The notes under the pieces are model-generated. The model did not search any database. It was not told the origin of the DNA and saw nothing but the letters and a program-made list of their open reading frames with translations. The position numbers and the translations under genes are program-made. A stretch of 53,632 nt of DNA from an uncultured Bacilli bacterium (GTDB lineage: Bacteria; Bacillota_I; Bacilli_A; RF39; UBA660), in contig CAKPCM010000001.1 in the NCBI GenBank assembly GCA_934141615.1, positions 1 to 53,632 of the forward strand, read 5' to 3'. Position 1 is the stretch's first letter; every line of letters begins with the position of its first letter. Shown here in pieces: positions 8,475-17,938 of this stretch.

Positions 8475-8503
8475 TTTACAATTTATAATTTTTCATTTAT
8501 AAT
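8475..8503 (+). promoter_or_regulatory. Sigma-A-like promoter TTTACA-17-TATAAT for the VanW-family gene
   Basis: TTTACA 8475-8480 and TATAAT 8498-8503 with a 17-nt spacer. This places the tandem repeats in a ~100-nt leader. Confidence 0.45.
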
Positions 8504-8525
8504 TCTATTATGGTAAATATGGGGG

Positions 8526-8610
8526 TGCAAAAGCATAGTTTAATTGCGAAGCATAGTTTAGTTGTGAAGCATATTTTAGTTGCGAAGCATAGTTGGGGTG
8601 CATAAGTATG
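8526..8610 (+). repeat. Tandem 18-bp repeat array (4 full units + 1 partial) ending at the start codon
   Basis: TGCAAAAGCATAGTTTAAT / TGCGAAGCATAGTTTAGT / TGTGAAGCATATTTTAGT / TGCGAAGCATAGTTGGGG / TGCATAAGTATG. The last unit supplies the GGGGTG SD and ATG 8608. Confidence 0.9.
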
Positions 8611-10347
8611 GAAAATAAAATTACAAATTTAGATGATAGTCAAAAAATAAATTATGTTAAAAACCTGCTTTTTAATAGTAATTTAAACGATGCTTTAGAT
8701 AGTATATTAAAGGATGAGAAAAAGGATTTAAAGTGGATAAAGATAATAAAAGACGTATTAGATGAAGAACTTATGATAAACAGGATAAAAGAGCAGTGTA
8801 ACTTAAATGACAATTTAAGTGCTAAGGCATACGTTTATTCAAGGATACTAGCTATCTTAGATTTTTATAAGAAAACAGTTATTTTAAATGCTTTTTTTAA
8901 AAACCTAAGTGAAGATGAAATAAAAATGGTTGCTAATTACGAATACCAAAATAAAACTAACGTATCATTTACTAATAAAACTTTTAACAAGTATTGTGCT
9001 AAATATAAAGAAAGTGCAATAAATGAAATAAAGGTAGATGATGCCAAAATAAAAAAACTTGATATTGAAAAAGAAAGATATAATGCCTTATCTGATAAGA
9101 AGATAAAAAAGAAAATAAAAATTGTACCTATTCTTGTAGCATTTGTTTTTATATTAATTTTGCTTGGTGTATGCTACAAGTTATATGGTTATAATAAGCT
9201 TATCAAAAAATATGATGGACTTATTTATCCGGGTACTTACCTTAATAACATAGATTTATCAGGAAGTAAGGAAAGTGAACTTTCTGGTATTATAAAGTAT
9301 GAGAAAGAAAGAATAGAAAATGGTACCATAACGGTTACGTCACCTAATGGAGATCATAAATTTACGTATAAAGAACTTGGGATTATAGTGGATGATTCTA
9401 ATTTAGAGGGCAGGATAAAAAAGTATAATGATAACTTATCTTATTTTAAGAAAATAAAATTAATAAAAAAGAATAATAAGAAAATGGTTTTTAATTTAAA
9501 GGCTTCTTATGATAATAATACGGTAGATACCTTTATGAACGTTTTGGAAAATAAGGTTAATTCCGAGGCTAGAGGTGACGGCATCGTAGTAGATGAAAAT
9601 CACAATGTTTATTATGATAAAGGTTCTAAAGGATTTACTTTGGACACTCAAAAAACAAGAGAAAAAGTTGTTGAAGCACTTTTAAATTTAACTTATGAAA
9701 CCGTTATAGAAGCAAGTGGAAAAACAATTAATAACGAAGTTAAGTACGAAGCATTATCGGGTATAAATCAAAAGATATCTTCTTATACAACTTACTTTCA
9801 AAACGCAGGTAACAGAGGTCACAACATAAATTTAGCGGTGGGGAAACTTAATAATACTGTTTTAATGCCAGGAGAAACCTTTTCTTACCTTAAGGTAGTA
9901 GGACCATATGGTGCTTCTAATGGATATTTACCTGCTCCTATATATTTGAATAGTGAGGTTTCAACAGCAAATGGTGGCGGGGTTTGTCAACTTGCATCGA
10001 CCTTATATATGGCTCAGTTATTAGCGGGATTACAAACGGTGTCAAGAAGAGGGCATACGTTTGCACCTAATTATGTTCCAAAAGGATTAGATGCAACCGT
10101 TTATTCAACAACAACAGACTATAAATTTAAAAACGAGTATAGTTATCCTGTGTATATAGTCTCTTATGTTAAAGGTAATTATTTAACAGTTGATATATGG
10201 TCTAATTCAAACGCACTAGATGGGAAAACATTCGAACCATATTCGGTAGCATCTAATGGTGGATGGTTAGCTTACCTAAGAATAAAGAAAGATGGAAAGG
10301 TAATTGAAACAAAATACTTAGACAGAACTGTTTATAAAACACATTAA
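8608..10347 (+). CDS. VanW-family protein with N-terminal cytoplasmic region and a single TM helix
   Basis: C-terminal VanW-like motifs (GETFSYLKVVGP…GGGVCQLASTLYMA…RGHTF). TM helix IVPILVAFVFILILLGV. Start moved from TTG 8593 to ATG 8608. Confidence 0.75.
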   Translation: MENKITNLDDSQKINYVKNLLFNSNLNDALDSILKDEKKDLKWIKIIKDVLDEELMINRIKEQCNLNDNLSAKAYVYSRILAILDFYKKTVILNAFFKNLSEDEIKMVANYEYQNKTNVSFTNKTFNKYCAKYKESAINEIKVDDAKIKKLDIEKERYNALSDKKIKKKIKIVPILVAFVFILILLGVCYKLYGYNKLIKKYDGLIYPGTYLNNIDLSGSKESELSGIIKYEKERIENGTITVTSPNGDHKFTYKELGIIVDDSNLEGRIKKYNDNLSYFKKIKLIKKNNKKMVFNLKASYDNNTVDTFMNVLENKVNSEARGDGIVVDENHNVYYDKGSKGFTLDTQKTREKVVEALLNLTYETVIEASGKTINNEVKYEALSGINQKISSYTTYFQNAGNRGHNINLAVGKLNNTVLMPGETFSYLKVVGPYGASNGYLPAPIYLNSEVSTANGGGVCQLASTLYMAQLLAGLQTVSRRGHTFAPNYVPKGLDATVYSTTTDYKFKNEYSYPVYIVSYVKGNYLTVDIWSNSNALDGKTFEPYSVASNGGWLAYLRIKKDGKVIETKYLDRTVYKTH

Positions 10348-10377
10348 AAATACTTAATGAAATATTTAAGTATTTTT
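10346..10377 (+). terminator. Intrinsic terminator after the VanW-family gene
   Basis: AAAAATACTTAA / TTAAGTATTTTT perfect 12-bp hairpin with a T tail. Confidence 0.65.
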
Positions 10378-10397
10378 TAATTTATAATAAAATTCCC

Positions 10398-10428
10398 TTG
10401 CATATTATAACCCATCAGGTTATAATAT
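10398..10428 (+). promoter_or_regulatory. Promoter TTGCAT-17-TATAAT overlapped by an 11-bp perfect inverted repeat (operator)
   Basis: -35 at 10398-10403 and -10 at 10421-10426. The inverted repeat is ATATTATAACC (10402-10412) / GGTTATAATAT (10418-10428). Confidence 0.65.
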
Positions 10429-10454
10429 ATTTAGATTAAAAGGAGGGCGATATT

Positions 10455-10781
10455 TTGCAAATTATTAAAACATCTAAGTACAAACAAGATTTGAAAAAGA
10501 AGATAGAATCTAAGCATCTAGTTAAGGAACTTCATAAATTACAAAAAATAGAAGATCTTATTTTATCAGTTAATAATTTGCAAGAGTTAATGCATCATCC
10601 TTTTAAAAGTGTATATCACATAGAAAAAAAGAGTTTTAATTTAAAGGAATATTATACGGCACATGTAAATAAAAAAATAAGGCTTCATATGAAACCAGTA
10701 GGTGATTATCCGTATAAATTAATAGAAATAACTGAGATTTGTTTTGTCAAGATAGATGATAAACATTATGGGGAGGGATAG
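10455..10781 (+). CDS. RelE/ParE-superfamily-like toxin (HigB/YafQ-like layout), 108 aa
   Basis: Size, upstream position and 2-nt gap to an XRE-HTH partner. Layout I-x-x-S-x-Y-x-x-D-L-K-K … H … Y-x-A-H-V … R-L resembles YafQ/RelE. TTG start follows AGGAGG. Confidence 0.5.
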   Translation: MQIIKTSKYKQDLKKKIESKHLVKELHKLQKIEDLILSVNNLQELMHHPFKSVYHIEKKSFNLKEYYTAHVNKKIRLHMKPVGDYPYKLIEITEICFVKIDDKHYGEG

Positions 10782-10783
10782 TT

Positions 10784-11812
10784 ATGTTTGGATTTGGAAG
10801 CATGTTAAAAGATTATTTAGAGTACCATAGAATTTCTCAAAGTGATTTTGCAGAGAGGTTAGGCGTTACTAAAAAACACATAAATAATATACTAAATGAA
10901 AATGCTGATATTTCAGAAGATTTAATGATTGCAATTAGTCTTGTTACTGATATTGATATTAACCTTATAGCGTTAGTTGAAACTAAGAAGAAACTATATA
11001 ATTATCTGAATGAAAGATTTAAAAGTGAAAAAGAAATAAATGACTTTCTAAATTCTTTTTACATAAAAGAGATGTCTAAGAAAAATTGGATAACACTAAA
11101 TGATAAAACGTCTTATCTTCAAAACGCATATGATTTGCTTAAGTATTTAAACGTTAGAGATTTTAATATATTTGATAAATATTCGAAAGAAAAGATTTTC
11201 TTTAAAAAGTATGATAATTCTAACTTAAAGAAGGTTTTCTTATGGATTAAAAGATGTGATAATTTAATAGAAGATCAAAACCCAGCAGGTTATAGTGCTC
11301 TTAGTATAAATAAACTTCTAGCGGAACTTGAAAAAGAAAGAAATAAACCATTTAATAAAAAAAGTTTGGTAGAAATATTTAATAAATATGGTTTTTATCT
11401 TGTGATTGAAGATGCTTTAGTTGGAACCAAAGTAAGAGGATGTACAAAGGTTATTGGAAATAATCCCGCTATTTACATGACATGTCATTTAAAGGAAAAA
11501 TCATCATTTTACTTTGCACTATACCATGAAATCGGTCACGTTAAAAGCGATTATAACAGAGCTAAAAGTAAAGCAATAATAGATGGAGATGATGCTTTGG
11601 AAAAAAGAGCTGATTTGTTCGCAACTAAAAAAATGATTGATGATGAAACTTATAAGATGATACTAAATGATTTAAAGAATAGAGATAAAATATGCAAAGA
11701 AAAAAATATTCCATTATGTTTTTTATATTCTAGGTTAGCATATGATGGAATAATTAAGTATAACAATAAAGACTATCTTAAGAATAGAGAAAGCCTTAAT
11801 TATGATAATTAA
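10784..11812 (+). CDS. Fused XRE-family HTH + ImmA/IrrE (COG2856) zinc metallopeptidase
   Basis: N-terminal HTH ISQSDFAERLGVTKKHINNILN. C-terminal HEIGH (HExxH) followed by EKRADLFA, typical of ImmA/IrrE peptidases. Confidence 0.8.
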   Translation: MFGFGSMLKDYLEYHRISQSDFAERLGVTKKHINNILNENADISEDLMIAISLVTDIDINLIALVETKKKLYNYLNERFKSEKEINDFLNSFYIKEMSKKNWITLNDKTSYLQNAYDLLKYLNVRDFNIFDKYSKEKIFFKKYDNSNLKKVFLWIKRCDNLIEDQNPAGYSALSINKLLAELEKERNKPFNKKSLVEIFNKYGFYLVIEDALVGTKVRGCTKVIGNNPAIYMTCHLKEKSSFYFALYHEIGHVKSDYNRAKSKAIIDGDDALEKRADLFATKKMIDDETYKMILNDLKNRDKICKEKNIPLCFLYSRLAYDGIIKYNNKDYLKNRESLNYDN

Positions 11813-11895
11813 AAAAAGTGTGTAAAGTTAATTTATTATTATATTTATTATTTTTCTTATGTGTTAAAATATAACTTATGGAAGTTGGTGTAATT

Positions 11896-13983
11896 ATGAA
11901 TTTAGATTATTTAAACGATAGACAAAAAGAAGCTGTTTTATATGGAGATGGCCCACTTTTAATACTTGCAGGGGCAGGTTCAGGTAAAACAAGTGTTTTA
12001 ACTAAGAGAGTGGCCTACTTAATAAAGGAAAGAGCGGTGAGTCCAAAGAATATAGTAGCAATTACATTTACTAATAAGGCTGCTAAAGAAATGAAAGAAA
12101 GAATTATAAAGGAAGTAGGAAAAGAAGGATATGATATTCAAATATCAACTTTTCACTCATTTGGCCTTAGAATAATAAGGGAAAATTATGAAAAATTAGG
12201 TTACGAAAAAAACTTTACAATAATTGATAGTGATGATTCTTTAACGGTTGTAAAAAAAATATTAAAAGACATGGGAATAGATACTACAAGATTTAATCCA
12301 AAGTTTATAAAAAACCAGATAAGTTCTTGTAAAAATGAAATGGTAACACCAGAAAAATATCAAAATTTGGTAAATGATGAACTAAGTGATATCACGTATA
12401 AAGTATATAAAAAATATCAAGATACACTTTTAAGAAATAATTCACTTGATTTTGATGACTTGCTTATAAAACCAATAGAGTTGTTTAATAAATATAAAGA
12501 AGTTTTAGAAAATTACCAAGAGTTATTTAAATATGTATTTATAGATGAGTATCAGGATACTAATGAATCCCAGTACGTACTTTCAAAAATGATAAGTGCT
12601 AAATATAAAAACATTTGTGTGGTAGGAGATGATGCGCAAAGCATCTATTCTTGGAGAGGGGCAAACTTTAAAAACATATTAAACTTCGAAAAGGATTATA
12701 AAAATGCAAAGGTAATTTTACTTGAGCAAAACTATCGTTCTACCAAAACGATATTAAATGCCGCAAACTCTGTTATTAAAAATAACATAAATAAAAAAGA
12801 TAAAAACTTGTGGACTGATAACGAGACTGGTGAAAAAATAAAGTATGTAAGAACAAACGACGAAAAAGATGAAGCATCATATGTAACTCGTGAGATAAGA
12901 AATCTTGTAAATAACGGCATAAGTTTAGATGATATAGCGGTTTTATATCGTACTAACGCTCAATCAAGGACGATAGAAGAAGGATTTTTAAATAGCAATA
13001 TACCATACCGAATCGTTGGTGCCTTTGCTTTCTATTCTAGAAAAGAAATTAAGGATTTACTTGCGTATTTAAAACTTATTTACAATACGAAAGATGACGT
13101 TTCTTTAATGCGTATAATAAATTATCCAAAAAGAAAAATAGGTGCTAAAACAATTGAAAATTTAAGTATGGATGCCGTTCTTAACGGAACATCTATGTTT
13201 GACGTAATTAGTAGCGGAAAAGAATTAGAATTTAAAAAGCTTATTTTAGAGATGAAAGAAAAAAGTGAAGTTTTATCTTTAACGGAAACAATTGATATGG
13301 TACTTGATAAGTCTGGAATAAAAAGTGAACTTGAAAGTGAGCATACGCTAGAGGCTGATATAAGATTAGAAAACTTAAATGAGTTTAAGTCAATTACCAA
13401 AACTTTTGAAGAAGAAAGTGGAATAGCATCGCTAGAGGATTTTCTAAATGAGGTAAGTTTAGTAAGCGATGTTAATGATCAGAAAAATGACAATTCGCCT
13501 AAGGTAACTTTAATGACAATTCACGCGGTTAAAGGACTTGAATATAAGTACGTATTTGTAATAGGCATGGAAGAAAATATATTCCCTCATGTCAACTCTT
13601 GCGAAGAGGATGGCGGAATAGAAGAAGAGCGAAGACTATGTTATGTTGCAATAACCCGCGCTAAAGAAAAACTTTATTTGGTAAATGCCTTAAGAAGAAT
13701 GCTTTATGGAAAAACAAGCGTTAATATGCCAAGTAGATTTATAAACGAAATAGATAAAGACCTAATAGATGCACCAGAAAAGAAAATGGTTAATATGAAA
13801 TTTAATAAAAAGGAAGCATTTAACGATGATAACGGACTAAAAACTGGTGATAATGTTATTCATGATATATATGGACCAGGTGTTGTTGTAAACGTAGATA
13901 AATCCATTGCGACAATTGCGTTTAAGGGTCAAGGAATAAAAAAACTAATGAAAAATCACAAAAGTATAAAGAAGGTGTCTTAA
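11896..13983 (+). CDS. pcrA: ATP-dependent DNA helicase PcrA (UvrD family)
   Basis: LNDRQKEAV, AGAGSGKT, DEYQDTN, YRS and VHAVKGLEY motifs. Start moved to ATG 11896. Confidence 0.9.
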   Translation: MNLDYLNDRQKEAVLYGDGPLLILAGAGSGKTSVLTKRVAYLIKERAVSPKNIVAITFTNKAAKEMKERIIKEVGKEGYDIQISTFHSFGLRIIRENYEKLGYEKNFTIIDSDDSLTVVKKILKDMGIDTTRFNPKFIKNQISSCKNEMVTPEKYQNLVNDELSDITYKVYKKYQDTLLRNNSLDFDDLLIKPIELFNKYKEVLENYQELFKYVFIDEYQDTNESQYVLSKMISAKYKNICVVGDDAQSIYSWRGANFKNILNFEKDYKNAKVILLEQNYRSTKTILNAANSVIKNNINKKDKNLWTDNETGEKIKYVRTNDEKDEASYVTREIRNLVNNGISLDDIAVLYRTNAQSRTIEEGFLNSNIPYRIVGAFAFYSRKEIKDLLAYLKLIYNTKDDVSLMRIINYPKRKIGAKTIENLSMDAVLNGTSMFDVISSGKELEFKKLILEMKEKSEVLSLTETIDMVLDKSGIKSELESEHTLEADIRLENLNEFKSITKTFEEESGIASLEDFLNEVSLVSDVNDQKNDNSPKVTLMTIHAVKGLEYKYVFVIGMEENIFPHVNSCEEDGGIEEERRLCYVAITRAKEKLYLVNALRRMLYGKTSVNMPSRFINEIDKDLIDAPEKKMVNMKFNKKEAFNDDNGLKTGDNVIHDIYGPGVVVNVDKSIATIAFKGQGIKKLMKNHKSIKKVS

Positions 13984-14711
13984 TGGAAAGATTACAAAAA
14001 TTAATCGCGGAAGCAGGTTACTGTTCTAGAAGAAAAGCAGAAGAATTAATCAAAGCAGGTAAAGTTACTTTAAATGGAAAAAAAGTAACGGAACTAGGAG
14101 TTAAAGCAACGTTTGGTGATGAGATATTAGTAGAAGGAAACCTAATTGAATATCAAGAAAAAGAATACTACTTATTTTATAAACCAAGATACGTAGTATG
14201 TACAACTAAAGATGATAAGGGAAGAAAAACGGTTTTAGATTTCTTTGATGATGTAACAAAAAGAATATATCCGGTTGGAAGATTGGATTATGATGCATCA
14301 GGACTTCTTTTGCTTACTAATGATGGAGAGTTTGCTAATTTAATGATGCATCCATCAAGCAAGATTGATAAGTTTTACGTTGCAAAAGTAGAAGGAATAG
14401 TAACAAAAGATGAAGTAAAACGTCTTAAAAAAGGTGTTGTTTTAGATGGTAAGAAGATATATCCTTCAAGGGTAAAACTTAAGAGATTAGATAAGAAAAA
14501 CCTAACTTCAATAGTTGAAATAACAATTCACGACGGAGTAAACCACGAAGTAAAAAGAATCATGGAAAGTATAGGACATAACGTTATAAAATTAAAAAGA
14601 GAAGCTTTTGGATTTCTTAATTTAGGAACATTAAAAAGCGGAGAAAAAAGAAGCCTAACTAGCAAGGAAGTAAAACAGTTATATAACGCTGCAGTAAACA
14701 ATGGAAGATAA
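13983..14711 (+). CDS. rluB: 23S rRNA pseudouridine synthase (RluB/RsuA family)
   Basis: S4 domain (RLQKLIAEAGYCSRRKAEELI) plus the catalytic GRLDYDASGLLLLTNDG motif. Confidence 0.85.
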   Translation: MERLQKLIAEAGYCSRRKAEELIKAGKVTLNGKKVTELGVKATFGDEILVEGNLIEYQEKEYYLFYKPRYVVCTTKDDKGRKTVLDFFDDVTKRIYPVGRLDYDASGLLLLTNDGEFANLMMHPSSKIDKFYVAKVEGIVTKDEVKRLKKGVVLDGKKIYPSRVKLKRLDKKNLTSIVEITIHDGVNHEVKRIMESIGHNVIKLKREAFGFLNLGTLKSGEKRSLTSKEVKQLYNAAVNNGR

Positions 14712-15249
14712 AGAAAGATTAATAGAAGACATAAGACTAATCAAAGATAAAAAGTTAGAAGAAACTCTTTTCTTAAAAGATATAAAAGATGATTTATCAT
14801 TAATAAAACTTGGTATTAATATGGATAATCATGCCACGTGCTTTTATGGATTTGATGACGTATGTGTTATGGCAACGTGTCTTAGTTTAGCTACAAAAAC
14901 TTATGGTATTTTTCTAGATGATGAGTTTATTGGTATAACAAGTTTTGGGTGCCACCATCCTAAAGATTTAACCAGGCAAGAAATATGTTTATGCTTAAGC
15001 GAAGATTATAGATCCTTAGGAATAGGAAGCATTTGCATGCAAAAAATGGTAGATGAGTGCTTTAAGGAGCAACATGCTAAATCAATTCACTTAAGTATAA
15101 GAGAAGATAATATAGCATCAAGAAAGGTAGCAACCAAACTAGGATTTACAGAATATACTGGATATAAGAAGGACTCATGCTATGTGGATTTAAATGGAAA
15201 CGTACATAAAAACATCCAGTACATACTAAAAAAGAAGACTAATAGTTAA
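14701..15249 (+). CDS. GNAT-family N-acetyltransferase
   Basis: YRSLGIGSICMQKM…IREDNIASRKVATKLGF acetyl-CoA binding pattern. Confidence 0.65.
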   Translation: MEDKERLIEDIRLIKDKKLEETLFLKDIKDDLSLIKLGINMDNHATCFYGFDDVCVMATCLSLATKTYGIFLDDEFIGITSFGCHHPKDLTRQEICLCLSEDYRSLGIGSICMQKMVDECFKEQHAKSIHLSIREDNIASRKVATKLGFTEYTGYKKDSCYVDLNGNVHKNIQYILKKKTNS

Positions 15250-15252
15250 AAA

Positions 15253-15468
15253 TTAGTCTTCTTTTACATCTTCATCTTTCACTTCGCTAATTGCACTTGT
15301 TGGGCAACCTTCCAATGCGGAAATTGCATTTTCTTTTACATCTTCATCTTTTACTTCAACATCTTTAGCGGTAGCATACCCATCATCAGTTATTTCAAAT
15401 ACTTCTTCGCATATAGCTTGGCATGCACCACAGCCAATGCAAGCGTCTTTATCTACTTTAAATTTCAT
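15253..15468 (-). CDS. Single-cluster 4Fe-4S ferredoxin
   Basis: CIGCGACQAICEE … CP cluster ligands, 71 aa. Acidic C-terminus contains a duplicated EVKDEDVKE. Confidence 0.85.
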   Translation of the reverse strand: MKFKVDKDACIGCGACQAICEEVFEITDDGYATAKDVEVKDEDVKENAISALEGCPTSAISEVKDEDVKED

Positions 15469-15580
15469 ATTATTTCCTCCCTTGTAAGATAATTATATAA
15501 CAAGTTTTAAAAAAATCAATAACACTTTAAAAAAAACTTAAAGTATGATATTATTATCTATAGATGGTAGGAGGTGTTTT

Positions 15581-16429
15581 ATGCAATCTAGAATGGATAA
15601 ATATCAAACAAAAGATAATAAAAAATTTGAACGTTCAAGAAAAAACACCAAGTTGTATGAAGAAGTATATGATGATATGTATAGGGATACAACTTATACT
15701 AACATGGAAGTTATTGATTCTGCTAAAGAAATAAATCTAAATAAATTAAAAAATATGCTTGATGATAAGTATGATACAAGGCAGTATAGAACCTTAAAAA
15801 ATTATTCCATAGAGGATATAGATACGGACTTTGATAAACCAAGTATTATGCAACCAAGACAAAAAGTTCATGATATTAACGAAATACTAAGTGAAGCTAA
15901 AAATAAACGTGCTTTTATAGAAGAGGCAAGGGAAAAACAAAAGTACATGGAATTTACTAAGGGAAGAAATAGTAAATATGATAAACGTTATGATGAAATG
16001 GAAAACGAAGAAAAAGAATTAGAAGAATTAATCAATACTATGGCAATGCCTGCGGTAGATAACGAAACAAAAGATGCTCTTGATATGTTTTCAGATCTTA
16101 AAGGTTCTGATGATACCATTGTAACTAATCCTATTGAGGCATCATTTGATGTTACTAAAACAAAAGAAGCAAGCTCTTTAGAAGAAAACAAAGAAGAAAC
16201 TAGCACCGATGACTTAAGAGGAGATTTAAAGAAAACACTAGTTAAAGCTGATAGAAACTTTTATACCGATTCAAATATGTTTACTAAAAATGACTTTGAG
16301 GACTTTAGTACGTTAACTAAGGAACTTAAAAGATCTAAAAGGACTAAACGAATAGTTATAATTTTAATAATATTAGTAATTATTGGAGCATTAGCATACT
16401 TTGGTATAACTAAGTTTTTAATTAAATAA
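15581..16429 (+). CDS. Hypothetical protein with a C-terminal membrane anchor
   Basis: Charged, low-complexity body and a single C-terminal TM helix (IVIILIILVIIGALAYFGI). Start moved to ATG 15581 after TAGGAGGTG. No family recognised. Confidence 0.4.
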   Translation: MQSRMDKYQTKDNKKFERSRKNTKLYEEVYDDMYRDTTYTNMEVIDSAKEINLNKLKNMLDDKYDTRQYRTLKNYSIEDIDTDFDKPSIMQPRQKVHDINEILSEAKNKRAFIEEAREKQKYMEFTKGRNSKYDKRYDEMENEEKELEELINTMAMPAVDNETKDALDMFSDLKGSDDTIVTNPIEASFDVTKTKEASSLEENKEETSTDDLRGDLKKTLVKADRNFYTDSNMFTKNDFEDFSTLTKELKRSKRTKRIVIILIILVIIGALAYFGITKFLIK

Positions 16430-16477
16430 ACGAAGATATTTTATCTTTGTTTTTTTCATATATTATTATGTGATATT

Positions 16478-17191
16478 ATGGGTAAAATAAAAATGCTATT
16501 TAAAAATGTTTACGTCTTAATTTTTATGTTTGTTTTTGCATCAACTTTTATTTTTCTAATTATTTTAAATAAAAAAGCGATGCCCGCTATTATGAATTAT
16601 GCAAGTGTGCAAACTAAAAGAGTTGGAATAGAGGTATTAAGAAGTACTGGAACAAAAGAGGTTAATAAACTTTTAAATGATTCTAATTTGTTTATTACAA
16701 ATAAAAATGAATCAGGTGAAATAGAGACCATTGATTTTAATACTGGCGTTATAAACGAGGCTTTAATTATAGTTAGTAAAAACGTAAGAAAAAGATTAAA
16801 GGAAGTAGAAGAAGGGAAAAATTTGCCTGATGAGTTATATGAAGATGTGCTTGATAAAAGTATGCGAAAAGGTATTATTTATGAAATTCCATCTGGAGTT
16901 GTTTTTAACAATGCGTTTTTATCAAACGTTGGACCTAAAGTACCTGTTAAAATAAAATATTCTGGAAACGTTGGGTTAGACGTTAAAACAAAGGTAAAGA
17001 AATACGGAATCAATAGTGCATTAGTTGAAGTTTATATCTATGTTGAAGTAACGCAGCGAACAATTCTTCCCTTTCAGTCTAAAGATATTAAGCTTACATC
17101 TGAAATACCAGTAATTATGAAAGTAATAAAAGGAAATGCACCGTATTATTTATCTGGTACAAATGGATCATATAATTTGCCAATGGAGTAA
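16478..17191 (+). CDS. yunB: Sporulation protein YunB
   Basis: N-terminal TM helix and a conserved C-terminal block (GPKVPVKIKYSGNVG…GINSALVEVYIYVEV), ~237 aa. Confidence 0.7.
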   Translation: MGKIKMLFKNVYVLIFMFVFASTFIFLIILNKKAMPAIMNYASVQTKRVGIEVLRSTGTKEVNKLLNDSNLFITNKNESGEIETIDFNTGVINEALIIVSKNVRKRLKEVEEGKNLPDELYEDVLDKSMRKGIIYEIPSGVVFNNAFLSNVGPKVPVKIKYSGNVGLDVKTKVKKYGINSALVEVYIYVEVTQRTILPFQSKDIKLTSEIPVIMKVIKGNAPYYLSGTNGSYNLPME

Positions 17192-17229
17192 AAATTGTGT
17201 TATACTTCTTATAGTGCGGAGGCAGCGAT

Positions 17230-17505
17230 ATGGAAAAAATAAATGTAGAAGGTAATACATATGAAATAATTAAAGATTATAAAAATGGTTATAATAAAGA
17301 AGAGCTTGAAAAGAAATATACCGACTATTTTGAAAATTATGATTATATAGTTGGGGATTGGGCTTATGGGAAGTTAAGACTAAAAGGATTTTACGAAAAA
17401 TCAAATAAAAAATGTAATGAGATTAATAATATTGATAATTTAGATGAATATTTAGACAAAAATTGTGCTTTTGGGTGTGCATATTTTGTTGCAAAACGAA
17501 AATAA
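17230..17505 (+). CDS. yutD: YutD-like protein (DUF1027)
   Basis: YDYIVGDWAYGKLRLKGF … NCAFGCAYFV closely mirrors B. subtilis YutD. Confidence 0.8.
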   Translation: MEKINVEGNTYEIIKDYKNGYNKEELEKKYTDYFENYDYIVGDWAYGKLRLKGFYEKSNKKCNEINNIDNLDEYLDKNCAFGCAYFVAKRK

Positions 17506-17546
17506 GTATGTTAAAATAAAGTATATAGAATAAAAGAGGTGTTTGT

Positions 17547-17918
17547 ATGGTAACTACAAGTAGCATTGGAAGTGGAAAGAAAGTTAATGTTGGTCAAAGT
17601 TTTGCAAGTGGAATGTCAGCACTTCAAACCGTTCAAAAAGAAAAGTTTGTTATAGTTGATGAATCCGGTGAAAAAAAAGATGCAGAGCGTTTATCATTAT
17701 TTAAATTAAAGGATACTGATAAAACTTATATTGTATATACTTTTAACGAAACAGATGAAAATGATATGATCAAATTATATGTTGCTATATTAAATGAAAA
17801 AGATGGTGTATACTCACTAGAAAACATAACTGATAGTGATGAATGGACGAATGTTAAAGACGCAATGAGGAAAATTGCAAAAGATGGACAACAAGTATTA
17901 AATGATAAGGAAGATTAG
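17547..17918 (+). CDS. Small acidic protein, DUF1292-like
   Basis: FVIVDESGEKKDAERLSLFKL…KTYIVYTFNE pattern resembles UPF0473/DUF1292. Weak assignment. Confidence 0.4.
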   Translation: MVTTSSIGSGKKVNVGQSFASGMSALQTVQKEKFVIVDESGEKKDAERLSLFKLKDTDKTYIVYTFNETDENDMIKLYVAILNEKDGVYSLENITDSDEWTNVKDAMRKIAKDGQQVLNDKED

Positions 17919-17938
17919 GTAAGTAGGAGGTTTTTGTT

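Noticed and set aside
8423-8525. TPP or other riboswitch upstream of the THI5/NMT1-like ABC importer (reverse strand)
   Set aside because: The leader is only ~100 nt of AT-rich sequence. I could not find the conserved CUGAGA / ACCUGAUCUGGAUAAUGCCAGCG-type elements on the reverse strand.
8526-8610. Possible CRISPR array
   Set aside because: The units are directly abutting 18-bp tandem repeats with no unique spacers, and no cas genes are present. I reported it as a tandem repeat instead.
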